In this document: piece by piece, positions 38,561 through 47,584 of the stretch | Layout: the number at the start of each line of letters is the position of its first letter | Position numbering within the stretch: position 1 is the stretch's first letter | Origin: a virus | Lineage: Duplodnaviria; Caudoviricetes | Length of the DNA stretch: 63,951 nt | IMG/VR virus record: IMGVR_UViG_3300020593_000115 | Location: 1 to 63,951 of that record | Strand: one strand, 5' to 3' | Position numbers and translations under genes: made by a program | Notes under the pieces: model-generated | The model's input: the letters and a program-made list of their open reading frames with translations, nothing else | What the model was told of the DNA's origin: nothing | Database searches by the model: none

Positions 38561-38887
38561 ATGAAAATTCGCGCCTTGAAGACTACCGCGGGTAGTTATG
38601 GCCTTTTGCCACGCGGCAAGACGGCTGACGTGCCGGACTGGGAGGCAAAGGATATGATTGCCGCCGGTTACGCCACGGCAGTCATACCCGACGACAAGCT
38701 TCCGGCTGTGCCGAGAGTTAGTGCCGCGTCGCAAAATGCCAATCCAAGGGAGGCGAGTGACGCCGACCCTTTCACGGCGCCCCGGACTGGTGGCCAAAAT
38801 GGCGAGGTGAAACAGTCACCATCGTCGCAAGTGGGCCGTCAGCGGCAGAAACGCCGATCGACCTCGCGAAAGGGCGATGCCGGGTAA
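38561..38887 (+). CDS. Small head-region protein (frameshift donor candidate)
   Basis: MKIRALK...MIAAGYA motif seen in small post-capsid proteins. Confidence 0.7.
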   Translation: MKIRALKTTAGSYGLLPRGKTADVPDWEAKDMIAAGYATAVIPDDKLPAVPRVSAASQNANPREASDADPFTAPRTGGQNGEVKQSPSSQVGRQRQKRRSTSRKGDAG

Positions 38888-39399
38888 TAGCGATAAACAA
38901 CTCGTACCGATTGGCGCCGTGGGCGGATATATTCTACGCCTGCGATAGCGAGTGGTGGGAAAAACACCACGCGGACGTTAATTGTTACCCCGCGCTAAAG
39001 ATCGCCATTCAAGAGGACGGCCGAAAACTGAAATGGCCGGACGTCAAGCCGATTAGCGTCGTTCGCAACGACGACTCGCTGCGGTTTGAGAGATTTGGCG
39101 AAGTGGGGTGGGGCGGAAATTCTGGATTTCACGCCATAAACCTCGCCGTGCAGTTCGGCGCCAAGAGGATTGTCCTTGTCGGCTACGACATGCGGCTTGA
39201 TGGCGGCATTCATTGGCACGGCAGGCACGGCAACGGATTGCACAACCCGTCCAATAGCAATGTGGCTCGCTGGCGAAGAGTTATAGACGAGGCCGCGCCG
39301 CTGCTTACGAGGTTGGGCGTCGAGGTGGTTAACACCTCTCCCGTTAGCGCGCTTACCGCATACCCGAAAATGACACTTGAGGCGGCCTTGGCTGCTTAG
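38767..39399 (+). CDS. Glycosyltransferase-like domain (GxGPS/MAF-flag10-like), probably expressed by -1 frameshift
   Basis: Frame is open from 38761: TIVASGPS..VIAINNSY..ACD..GGNSG..AINLA..GAKRIVLVGYD; first standard start only at 38911. Confidence 0.7.
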   Translation, partial: PFHGAPDWWPKWRGETVTIVASGPSAAETPIDLAKGRCRVIAINNSYRLAPWADIFYACDSEWWEKHHADVNCYPALKIAIQEDGRKLKWPDVKPISVVRNDDSLRFERFGEVGWGGNSGFHAINLAVQFGAKRIVLVGYDMRLDGGIHWHGRHGNGLHNPSNSNVARWRRVIDEAAPLLTRLGVEVVNTSPVSALTAYPKMTLEAALAA

Positions 39400-39408
39400 G
39401 GAGGCCGC

Positions 39409-39750
39409 ATGGCGCTCGTTGATATTGCGCTGGTCAAAAAGCACCTGCGCGTGTTCCATACGGATGACGATACGGAAATTGCGGCTTACCAGGCGGCGGC
39501 CGAGACGATCGTTAAAGAATACGTCGATCGCGTAGTCTATGAGGCAGGTGGCAGCGCTCCGTCGGGGGATGACGGGACGGCAATAGAGGTTACGCCGGCC
39601 ATTACGGCGGCAATCTTGCTGCTTATTGGCGATCTATATGAGCGCCGAGAATCCAACACATGGGAACCAGAACAGGCGACGCTGCCGAAATCAGTGCGCG
39701 CGCTACTGGCGCCGTACCGCGTGTGGCGAACTATTGATGAGGAAGAATAA
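39409..39750 (+). CDS. Head-tail connector (gp6-like)
   Basis: VKKHLRV, AAILLLIGDLYERRE, LLAPYR. Confidence 0.9.
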   Translation: MALVDIALVKKHLRVFHTDDDTEIAAYQAAAETIVKEYVDRVVYEAGGSAPSGDDGTAIEVTPAITAAILLLIGDLYERRESNTWEPEQATLPKSVRALLAPYRVWRTIDEEE

Positions 39751-40157
39751 TGCAAGGCATGCAGCCCAAAAATTACCACACAGAAGGCGGCAACAAGTGG
39801 GTTGTCGGCGGTGAGATTGAATTCACGCCAGACGCCAAGGTTACCGGCCTTGGTGCCGACGATGTAAACGTTGCGTGGAACGCCATTACAGGCAAGCCTG
39901 CGGTTATAGCAGCAGGCGCGACGCAGCAGGCCGCGCGTGAAGCAATTGGCGCCGCTGCCGCAGGTGGCGAGGTTTCGGTTGCGTGGGATGACGTGACGGA
40001 CAAGCCTACGTTTGCCCCCGTTGCCACGACTGGAGCCTATGGCGACCTGACTGGAGCTCCGCAGGGCGCGGCCGTGGAGGACGCAACCGATGATGCGGTA
40101 GCGACCGTTAACGCCATCCCTGCCAGCCTGCGCGGCGCAGGGCTTATCGCCACGTAA
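39750..40157 (+). CDS. Head fiber / decoration protein
   Basis: WNAITGKP and WDDVTDKP repeats; VNAI..SLRGAGLIA C-terminus. Confidence 0.65.
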   Translation: MQGMQPKNYHTEGGNKWVVGGEIEFTPDAKVTGLGADDVNVAWNAITGKPAVIAAGATQQAAREAIGAAAAGGEVSVAWDDVTDKPTFAPVATTGAYGDLTGAPQGAAVEDATDDAVATVNAIPASLRGAGLIAT

Positions 40158-40759
40158 TGCGCATAGTCACCGTCCTGCGCACAGGCGGCGAGTACCGGCA
40201 GAAGCACGTCGAGCGCCTGCGCAGGCAGTGCGCCAAGTGGGCGCCGGGCGTTGAGTTTACGTGCCTGACGGACACCAACGGCACACTGCGCCATGATTGG
40301 CCGGGGTGGTGGTCGAAGATGGAGCTATTCCGCCCAGATATTAAGGGCGATTTACTCTATTTCGACCTCGATACGTCGATTGTCGGCCCTCTCGATGATA
40401 TCTTTGCCGTGCGGAAGTTGGCGCTCCTGCGTGACTTCTATCGCCCCGATGGACTTGGATCCGGCATGATGTTTTTGCCGGAAGAATGTCGCGGCGAAAT
40501 CTGGCGTGCGTGGGCTGAAGATCCGATGCGCCACATGCGAGTGCATAGACGCGGTGGAGACCAGGCATTCCTTGAGCGATTCTGGCTCGACAAGGCTGCA
40601 CGGTGGCAGGATGCCGCACCGGAGCAAGTTATTTCATACAAGGTGCATGTTCGCCAGGCCGTCATAAAGGGCCGAGAGTACGGCAACGGAACGATGCCAG
40701 AAAGTGCACGCGTGGTTTGCTTCCACGGCAAGCCGCGCCCTTGGGATATCGGATGGTGA
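40157..40759 (+). CDS. GT8-like glycosyltransferase
   Basis: WWSKMELF, YFDLD (DxD), GDQAFL, CFHGKPRPW. Confidence 0.82.
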   Translation: MRIVTVLRTGGEYRQKHVERLRRQCAKWAPGVEFTCLTDTNGTLRHDWPGWWSKMELFRPDIKGDLLYFDLDTSIVGPLDDIFAVRKLALLRDFYRPDGLGSGMMFLPEECRGEIWRAWAEDPMRHMRVHRRGGDQAFLERFWLDKAARWQDAAPEQVISYKVHVRQAVIKGREYGNGTMPESARVVCFHGKPRPWDIGW

Positions 40760-41310
40760 AAGAGTTCGAGCAGCGCGGCGATGCCATATTGCGCCGCCTT
40801 CCACCGAGCGCTTGCGCGGTAGAGGTTGGCGTTTTCCTAGGTACTCTCTCTGAATATCTTCTCCAGCGTAGATCAGATTTGCGCCTTTCGCTGGTGGATA
40901 GCTGGCTGCCAGCAGAGCAACACCCGCAAGCATACCGCAACACGCGGGACGAACACGCGCACGTTAGCGCCGAGAAGGTTGCCATTCAGCGCGCAACGGC
41001 ACTCGATAAAGTGAAGCCATTCGGTGCGCGAGCATTGGTTATCGAGATGGCGTCGTTTGACGCTGCGGCGACGGTGGACGACTGCAGTCTTGACTTGGTT
41101 TTTCTCGACGCCGACCACTCTTATGAGGGGGTGCGCGCAGACATCAGAGCTTGGCTGCCTAAGGTGAAGCCCGGCGGATGGATCGGCGGACACGACTACC
41201 AAAATCCGACGGCGCTATACGACTTTTCCGGTGTGAAACGCGCCGTCGATGAAGCGTTCCCTGAGGGTGTGGAGTTGGACGAGAATTTTACTTGGTTTCG
41301 GAGGTGCTGA
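40753..41310 (+). CDS. Class I SAM methyltransferase (Methyltransf_24-like)
   Basis: VEVGVFLG, VDSW, FLDADHSYEGV, KPGGWIGGHDY. Confidence 0.88.
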   Translation: MVKEFEQRGDAILRRLPPSACAVEVGVFLGTLSEYLLQRRSDLRLSLVDSWLPAEQHPQAYRNTRDEHAHVSAEKVAIQRATALDKVKPFGARALVIEMASFDAAATVDDCSLDLVFLDADHSYEGVRADIRAWLPKVKPGGWIGGHDYQNPTALYDFSGVKRAVDEAFPEGVELDENFTWFRRC

Positions 41311-41489
41311 TGCCCTGGGTAAAGTTTGTCGAGGAATTCTCCTACAAGCCAAAGCCACAGGTCACGCAGGTATACAAGGCACCGGGTGTATATCTGGTGA
41401 CGAGCGCTTGCGCTCGGGCGGCAATCGACAGCGGAAAAGCATTCGCCGCTGAAAGGCCAAGTAAGGGCAGCGCAAATGGTGGATCGTAA
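41310..41489 (+). CDS. Small hypothetical virion-region protein
   Basis: MPWVKF... with TGATG coupling. Confidence 0.6.
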   Translation: MPWVKFVEEFSYKPKPQVTQVYKAPGVYLVTSACARAAIDSGKAFAAERPSKGSANGGS

Positions 41490-41847
41490 GGGCGCCGGCT
41501 CATTAAACCAAATGGTTACGTTCCAGCGTCGAGTTGAGTTTGACGACGGTTTCGGCGGCACGCGTGGTGAGTGGCAGGACCAGTTTACGGTACCGGCGAG
41601 GCTGAAGGCGCGGCTTGGCACGGAGTCAGTTATCGCCGCCAGGCTCCAAGGGACACAGCCATACACAATGGTCATCCGCAGTAGCCAGCAGTCACGAGCG
41701 ATAACGCCTGCTTGGCGTGTTTATGACGCTCGCGCGGGTATCGGGAGTGAGGGCGTACCGAGCCGCTTGTTTGACATAAAAGCTGTCTCCAATGTTGATG
41801 AGCGAAACAAATACCTTGATCTTCTGGTCGTTGAAAACGGTGTTTAG
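41476..41847 (+). CDS. Head closure / head-tail joining protein
   Basis: AGSLNQMVTFQ, DGFGG, FDIKAV. Confidence 0.85.
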   Translation: MVDRKGAGSLNQMVTFQRRVEFDDGFGGTRGEWQDQFTVPARLKARLGTESVIAARLQGTQPYTMVIRSSQQSRAITPAWRVYDARAGIGSEGVPSRLFDIKAVSNVDERNKYLDLLVVENGV

Positions 41848-41852
41848 TCAGC

Positions 41853-42326
41853 ATGGCTAGACGATCTACCATAATAGGCTTGGCTGCGCTGGACAAGAAG
41901 CTCAAACGACTGCCAGATGTTATGAAAATCCGTGTCAAGGCAGCAATGGAGCAGGGCGCCAACGAAATCGTCGATATGATGAAATCGTTGGTACCTGTAG
42001 ACAGTGGCGAGCTTCGTGACAGCATTGGTTGGACGTGGGGAAAACGGCCAAAGTATTCCCAAGCTATCGCCGTTGTGAAATCGAAACTTGCAGGCGATCT
42101 AACGATCACCATCTACGCCGGGAACTCAAAAGTGCGCTATGCCCATCTGGTTGAGTTCGGCTCTGCTCCACACATCAACGGCGGGATGTTCAAGGGTACA
42201 CAGCATCCAGGCACCGCGAAGCAGCCGTTCTTTTTTGTGTCATGGAGAACCAACAAGAAGCGCGTCAAATCGCGGATCAGTCGCGCGATAAATAAAGCCG
42301 CAAAAGAGGTCGCGGCAGGAGGTTAG
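41853..42326 (+). CDS. HK97 gp10-like tail completion protein
   Basis: PVDSGELRDSI, YAHLVEFG, QPFFF. Confidence 0.88.
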   Translation: MARRSTIIGLAALDKKLKRLPDVMKIRVKAAMEQGANEIVDMMKSLVPVDSGELRDSIGWTWGKRPKYSQAIAVVKSKLAGDLTITIYAGNSKVRYAHLVEFGSAPHINGGMFKGTQHPGTAKQPFFFVSWRTNKKRVKSRISRAINKAAKEVAAGG

Positions 42327-42328
42327 CT

Positions 42329-42745
42329 ATCGATCCGGTCCTTGAGCTTCAGGGCGCAATCGTAGCGCGCCTGAAGGCATTTCCGCTCGTTACAGATTTG
42401 GTGGCACAGCGGACATATGACATGCCGCCAGCGAACGATAATGGCGAAGTAGCACCAGCGACATTTCCGTACATCAGTATTGGTACAGCATCTGACAGCG
42501 CTGAAAACTATGACTGCATCTATGGCCACGACATCATTTTTCAGATCGATGCATGGTCGTTGTATCCGGGCTACGCCGAGGTGCGACGCATAGCAAATGC
42601 GATCGTCCTGGCGTTCCGTGAACATGACTTCTCGCTGATGGAAAACGCGCTCGTGACGTTTGAGCACTGGCGCACTGATTACATGCGGGACGGCGACGTC
42701 AGCCACGCCTCGGTGCGGTTCACCGCCTGGATTGAGCAGCCGTAG
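42329..42745 (+). CDS. DUF3168 tail terminator (non-canonical or mutated start)
   Basis: DPVLELQGAIVARLK..RTYD..FPYISIG..QIDAWS. Confidence 0.8.
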   Translation: MDPVLELQGAIVARLKAFPLVTDLVAQRTYDMPPANDNGEVAPATFPYISIGTASDSAENYDCIYGHDIIFQIDAWSLYPGYAEVRRIANAIVLAFREHDFSLMENALVTFEHWRTDYMRDGDVSHASVRFTAWIEQP

Positions 42746-42816
42746 CCCGTATCGACAAAGAGCAAGCATCACAACAGACAGCCCCGCCTACGAGCGGGTT
42801 TTTATTGGAGATTTGA

Positions 42817-43269
42817 ATGGCACAAGCCGCTACAATCAAAGGCGGAAAGATTCGTGTTCAGATCGGCGACGGAGGTAGCCCGATTACCTATACCGCGCCG
42901 TGTGGTCTGACACAGCGGAGTATCACTCTTAGTAAGTCGCTCAACGAAGTTTCAATTCCAAACTGCGAAGACCCTGACAAGGTTGACTGGGTAGGGCGCG
43001 ACGCTGCCTCTCTCTCGATGGCCATCAGCGGAGAAGGTGTATTGGCGTCGCAGTCCATTGAGACGTGGCTAGACGCGGCCGAGAGCATTGATTCCGTTGA
43101 TGTCAAAGTCGAGATCGAATTCCCGGCAACGACGTACACCTATACCGGCAAGATGCAGGTGGAGTCGCTTGAGATAGGCGCCAACAACGGTGAACGAGCT
43201 ACGATTAACATCTCGATGCAGTCGGACGGCGAGATGGTGCGTGCGTCCAATCCTACGCAAGGTAGTTGA
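42817..43269 (+). CDS. Tail tube protein
   Basis: APCGLT, SMAISGEGV, ISMQSDG; position in the tail operon. Confidence 0.85.
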   Translation: MAQAATIKGGKIRVQIGDGGSPITYTAPCGLTQRSITLSKSLNEVSIPNCEDPDKVDWVGRDAASLSMAISGEGVLASQSIETWLDAAESIDSVDVKVEIEFPATTYTYTGKMQVESLEIGANNGERATINISMQSDGEMVRASNPTQGS

Positions 43270-43685
43270 TGTCACGAGATGCATCCATAGAAGTAGACTG
43301 GGGCGATGGCGAACATCGCTTCAGGCTCGCTTGGGGTGAATTGGTGAAGGTGCAGGAGGCGTGCGACGCCGGTCCATATGTCATATTGAATCGCCTTGGT
43401 GACGGATCGTGGCTCCTGAATGATATCCGCGAGGTTATTCGATACGGTTTGATTGGCGGCGGGGCTGAGCCATCCGCGGCGTTAAAGCTGGTTCGTGAGT
43501 ATGTCGAGGGGCGCCCACCGCTCGAGAACATTCTGTTGGCAAGGGCGATCTTGTCCGCCGCGCTGATGGGGGCGCCGGATGAAAAGGTGGGGGAGCCGGG
43601 GGCGGCAAATCAGGAGGAGAAAGACTTGACAGTCTCCCAAGAGGGAAACTCAGATTTGCCGCTATCTATGGAAATGGAGCCGTAA
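43269..43685 (+). CDS. Tail assembly chaperone (GTA-gp10-like)
   Basis: WGDGEHRFRL, VIRYGLIGGG; position after the tube gene. Confidence 0.8.
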   Translation: MSRDASIEVDWGDGEHRFRLAWGELVKVQEACDAGPYVILNRLGDGSWLLNDIREVIRYGLIGGGAEPSAALKLVREYVEGRPPLENILLARAILSAALMGAPDEKVGEPGAANQEEKDLTVSQEGNSDLPLSMEMEP

Positions 43686-43825
43686 TGGGGTTTACGCCCC
43701 AACAGGTCAATCAGATGAGCATGTGGCAGTGGATGGCAGCCGCTGAAGGATTTATTGCCGCAAATTCCCCTGAAGAGACGGGTCTTTCTCCGTCAGAGGT
43801 CGATGAGCTTTGGGAATGGCTCTGA
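43685..43825 (+). CDS. Tail chaperone T-like segment (probable -1 frameshift extension)
   Basis: RFAAIYGNGAVMGFTPQQVNQMSMWQW in the -1 frame. Confidence 0.65.
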   Translation: MGFTPQQVNQMSMWQWMAAAEGFIAANSPEETGLSPSEVDELWEWL

Positions 43826-43835
43826 AGCAGCGCAA

Positions 43836-44129
43836 TTACCAATAGATTACATCTTTGTTGCGCTCCGCCCAATCACTCCCCGCCAAGGCTGAAAAACAAT
43901 TTTCCACATCCATACGGGCATTAGCAAATGTGGTACTCCCCGGAAGCGGGGTGCCGTTTTTCCACGCTTTGAGAGATCGTAACTTCTTATCACACCCGGA
44001 CTGAATTGCATTTTCATGCAGCGCGATGGCTAGCAGGTGGCGCTCTCTAGATTCAGCATAGCTGGTCCAGAAGTAATGGCTTATGGCGGCAAGTATAGCG
44101 ACACATGTCGAGCCCACAAGAATTCTCAT
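43836..44129 (-). CDS. Reverse-strand moron; membrane-anchored or exported protein
   Basis: N-terminal hydrophobic helix; AT-richer than neighbours; inserted before the tape measure gene. Confidence 0.6.
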   Translation of the reverse strand: MRILVGSTCVAILAAISHYFWTSYAESRERHLLAIALHENAIQSGCDKKLRSLKAWKNGTPLPGSTTFANARMDVENCFSALAGSDWAERNKDVIYW

Positions 44130-44173
44130 CTCACCCTCTACACCCTCCAGTCTGGATAAATATTGGATAGCAT

Positions 44174-46930
44174 ATGGCGACTGACCTGGAAAGGCTTGTA
44201 GTTCAGCTATCGGCCGACATAAAGTCTTATGAGCGTGCCGTGGGGCGTGCTGTTGGCCTTACCAACAAACAAATGGGCGCCATAGAGCGCCGCGCCAGCC
44301 AGATGAACAAAAGGCTGGACTCTATCTTTTCCAAGTCGTTCAACGGGTTAACCGCACCGCTGGCCGGTGTTGGCGCAGCGTTCGGCGCAAAGCAGATCAG
44401 CGACTATGCCGATGCGTGGACGGTGGCAGGCAACAAGATCGCGGCGGCTTCGCAGATCGCAGGTCGTCAAGGTCGGTCCCTTGAGGGCGTCAACGAAATC
44501 GCCAATCGAACCCGGTCGAGCCTTGAATCGACCACTGATCTGTATGCGAAGCTGCTCAGATCAACCGGCGCGGTGGCGAGTTCGGAAGAAGAGGTCGCCC
44601 GCGCAACAGAAATCGTTAACAAGGCTTTTAAGGCCGGTGGCGCCGCAACCAGTGAGCAAACGGCTGGCATTCTTCAGTTAAGCCAGGCGCTGGGATCCGG
44701 CTTGCTGCAGGGCGACGAGTTGCGATCGCTGCGTGAGAACGCGCCGCTTATCGCGCAGGCCATTGCCGACGAATTCAAGACGACTATCGCGGGCCTTAAG
44801 CAACTTGGGGCAGACGGCGAACTAACAACGGATCGCGTTTTTAAGGCTATCCTGAGTGCGCAGCCGAAGATTGAGGCGGCCTTTTCAAAGACCAACTCAA
44901 CCATTGCTGACGGCATCACCAGGGTCAACAATGCGTTCACCCAGTATATTGGGCAGACAGATTCCGGTCTGGGCGCATCGCAGAGGCTTGTGGCCGGGCT
45001 TACCGCGCTAGCCGACAATTTTGACAACACCGCCGATATCGTTCTGAAACTGGCGTCGGTGATTGCCGGCGCGCTCGTGGGACGCTCAATTGTTGGCATG
45101 ATCCGCAGCCTTGGTTTGGCAACGAATGCGGTCGTGTCGCTTGTTGGCGCACTTCGAACAGCATCAAGCATGTCCGGGCTCCTTGCTGCTTTTGGTGGTC
45201 TAGGGGCTGCTGCTGGACCACTTGGGATGGTCATCGGGAGTACGGTGGTTGGTGCGCTCGCGCTGTTTGCAAGCTCCTCTTCCGAGGCGAGTGCAGCGGC
45301 AAAGACTTATGCGGACGCGTTGGCCGAAGTGGAGGCGGCCGCGAACCGGGTTCCCTCGGCTGTAGAAGGTGCCGCCACAAAAATCAGCGAGAAAACTAGA
45401 AACGTCCTAATGGCGGGTGTGGCGGAAGGGGTTAATGCGATTGACGAGGCCAGGGCGGCTGTTGAAGAGCTTTTCGATTTTCTGACGCAAAGCGTGGAAA
45501 TTTCGATGGTATCGGAAGACCAGCTGCGCCAGCTTCGTGAGCTCAAGGAGCGTTTTGACGACGGGTCTGCATCGGCGGAAGAAACGCAGCAGGCGCTCTA
45601 CGGACTAGCGAATTCGAACCCAGACTTCCAAGAAATCGCCGATCGCTTCGAACCTCTTTTGACAACGTTGCGAAACGCTATCGCGGCGACCGACTTGCTG
45701 AAAACCAAGCTTGCCGATGTGCCGTCAGGTCCGTCGTTCCGTACCTCCGAAATTCAGTCGATGAGCGACTATGAGGAGCTGAAAAGGGCCGGCAACGCAT
45801 TCGTCAAAGAAGCGGAGCGTCGTAACGCCCTGTCGAAGGAGCAGTTGGCACTTGAGGAAGAAATAGCCAAGGTAAAAAAGGCGGCCGATAAAGAAGGCGC
45901 CGCCCTTACCGAAAAACAGATCAAGGCTATCGCTGAAGCAAACATCGCCGCAGACGAGAGACGTTCTCAAGAAAGCAAAAAGCCCAAGAAAACCCCGTCC
46001 GCTCCGCGCACCGCGGAAAGTCGATTCAATGATGACATTCAGACGGTGCGAGACAGAACCGCTGCACTGATTCAGGAAGCACAGGCGGTAGGTCTCTCGT
46101 ACCGCGAGCAAGAAAAGCGCAGAATGGCGCTCGACCTTGAACAGGCTGCACTTGCGGACCTCCGCGAGGAGGCGCGCAAGAAGGGCCAGACTGACTTTTC
46201 GAATATCAAGCTTACCGAAGAGCAGATTGCCAAGATCGATGCTGTTTCGGCCGCATACGCCAAGCAGGCGGATGAGCTGCGCAAGGTGCAGGAAGCGCAA
46301 GACCGGGCCGAGCAGGCCGCTTCCGATTTTTACGAAAGCTTCAAAGACGGCGTCCTGGACGCGATCACGGGGGCGGAAAGCCTCAGCGATGCGTTGTCCG
46401 GGGTTCTGAAGAAGCTTTCCGAGATGCTCCTTAACTCGGCCTTCGACGCCCTGTTTAAGCCCTCTAGTGGCGGCTCTACAGGTGGCACGTACGGGGGCAT
46501 TTTGGGCAGCTTGGGGAAACTTCTCGGCTTCAACAAAGGTGGCGTTGTCCACGCGGCTACGGGGGGGCAAATCCGCGGCCCCGGCGGCCCGCGCAGCGAC
46601 AGCATACCGGCGCGCCTCAGCGATGGGGAGTTTGTCGTAAACGCTGCGGCTACCAAGCGAAATCTAAAACTGCTGAATGCGATTAACAGCGGGAAGATTG
46701 CTTCGTTCGCGGATGGTGGCCCAGTCATCCGTGCTCCAATGATCCCACGGTTGCTGACGCCGGCCAACAACAATTCGCCAAACATCACCTTTGCCCCAGT
46801 CATTGACGCGCGCGGCGCGGATAGCGCAGCGGTGGCAAGACTCGAGCAAGTCGTTGCGAAACAGCAGCAAGAGTTTCAGGCCCGCGTTGTGCACACGGTG
46901 CGACAGGCGCAAAAGACGCGAAACTTGTAG
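44174..46930 (+). CDS. Tail tape measure protein
   Basis: 918 aa Ala-rich helical protein; QLSQALGSG.LQGDELRS, SDSIPARLSDGEFV. Confidence 0.95.
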   Translation: MATDLERLVVQLSADIKSYERAVGRAVGLTNKQMGAIERRASQMNKRLDSIFSKSFNGLTAPLAGVGAAFGAKQISDYADAWTVAGNKIAAASQIAGRQGRSLEGVNEIANRTRSSLESTTDLYAKLLRSTGAVASSEEEVARATEIVNKAFKAGGAATSEQTAGILQLSQALGSGLLQGDELRSLRENAPLIAQAIADEFKTTIAGLKQLGADGELTTDRVFKAILSAQPKIEAAFSKTNSTIADGITRVNNAFTQYIGQTDSGLGASQRLVAGLTALADNFDNTADIVLKLASVIAGALVGRSIVGMIRSLGLATNAVVSLVGALRTASSMSGLLAAFGGLGAAAGPLGMVIGSTVVGALALFASSSSEASAAAKTYADALAEVEAAANRVPSAVEGAATKISEKTRNVLMAGVAEGVNAIDEARAAVEELFDFLTQSVEISMVSEDQLRQLRELKERFDDGSASAEETQQALYGLANSNPDFQEIADRFEPLLTTLRNAIAATDLLKTKLADVPSGPSFRTSEIQSMSDYEELKRAGNAFVKEAERRNALSKEQLALEEEIAKVKKAADKEGAALTEKQIKAIAEANIAADERRSQESKKPKKTPSAPRTAESRFNDDIQTVRDRTAALIQEAQAVGLSYREQEKRRMALDLEQAALADLREEARKKGQTDFSNIKLTEEQIAKIDAVSAAYAKQADELRKVQEAQDRAEQAASDFYESFKDGVLDAITGAESLSDALSGVLKKLSEMLLNSAFDALFKPSSGGSTGGTYGGILGSLGKLLGFNKGGVVHAATGGQIRGPGGPRSDSIPARLSDGEFVVNAAATKRNLKLLNAINSGKIASFADGGPVIRAPMIPRLLTPANNNSPNITFAPVIDARGADSAAVARLEQVVAKQQQEFQARVVHTVRQAQKTRNL

Positions 46931-46942
46931 GGGGATGATCCC

Positions 46943-47572
46943 TTGTCAATCACATTCCCCTATAACTTCCTAGATGAGTTTCCGGGGTGGTCGACGGAGT
47001 TCGACCTTCTTTGGCGGCAGGAACAAAGCCGCACCGCTTCCGGGCAGACTTTTGTTAAGGATTTCGGTTCGCCACTATGGAGAGCAACATATCAGTCGCG
47101 CGTCATGAAGCCCAACGAACTGGACATGTGGCGCGCTCGCCTTAAGGCGCTTGAAAACGGGCTGAACCAATTCATCGCGTGGCCGAAAAGCAGATGCTAT
47201 CCGATTGCCTATCCAAACGGCACCGGTATGGGTAATGTTTCTGCGGTGCAGGTCGGCAGCATCAATGTGAACCGGAAGGCTATTACGTTGAAAGGGCTGC
47301 CTGTCGGCTACTCGCTCCGGATTGGCGATTACATTCAAATCGGCAATTACAACCTGCACCAGGTGAGTGAGGCGCGTACTGCCGGGGCGTCCGGGACCAC
47401 TACGGAATTCGAAGTAAGGCCGCACTTATGGCCCATGACTGCCGTCAATGACCCTGTGGTGCTGGTGCGCCCGTCGTGTCTCATGACACTGGTCCCCGAC
47501 AGTTTGAGCACAACAGCCGACTTGTCGACTGGGCGCGGTTCCCTGACGTTTCAGGCGGTGGAAAGCCGCTAG
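46943..47572 (+). CDS. Distal tail protein
   Basis: Position after the tape measure gene; SRTASGQ, PLWRA motifs. Confidence 0.7.
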   Translation: MSITFPYNFLDEFPGWSTEFDLLWRQEQSRTASGQTFVKDFGSPLWRATYQSRVMKPNELDMWRARLKALENGLNQFIAWPKSRCYPIAYPNGTGMGNVSAVQVGSINVNRKAITLKGLPVGYSLRIGDYIQIGNYNLHQVSEARTAGASGTTTEFEVRPHLWPMTAVNDPVVLVRPSCLMTLVPDSLSTTADLSTGRGSLTFQAVESR

Positions 47573-47584
47573 GGAGTATCACAA

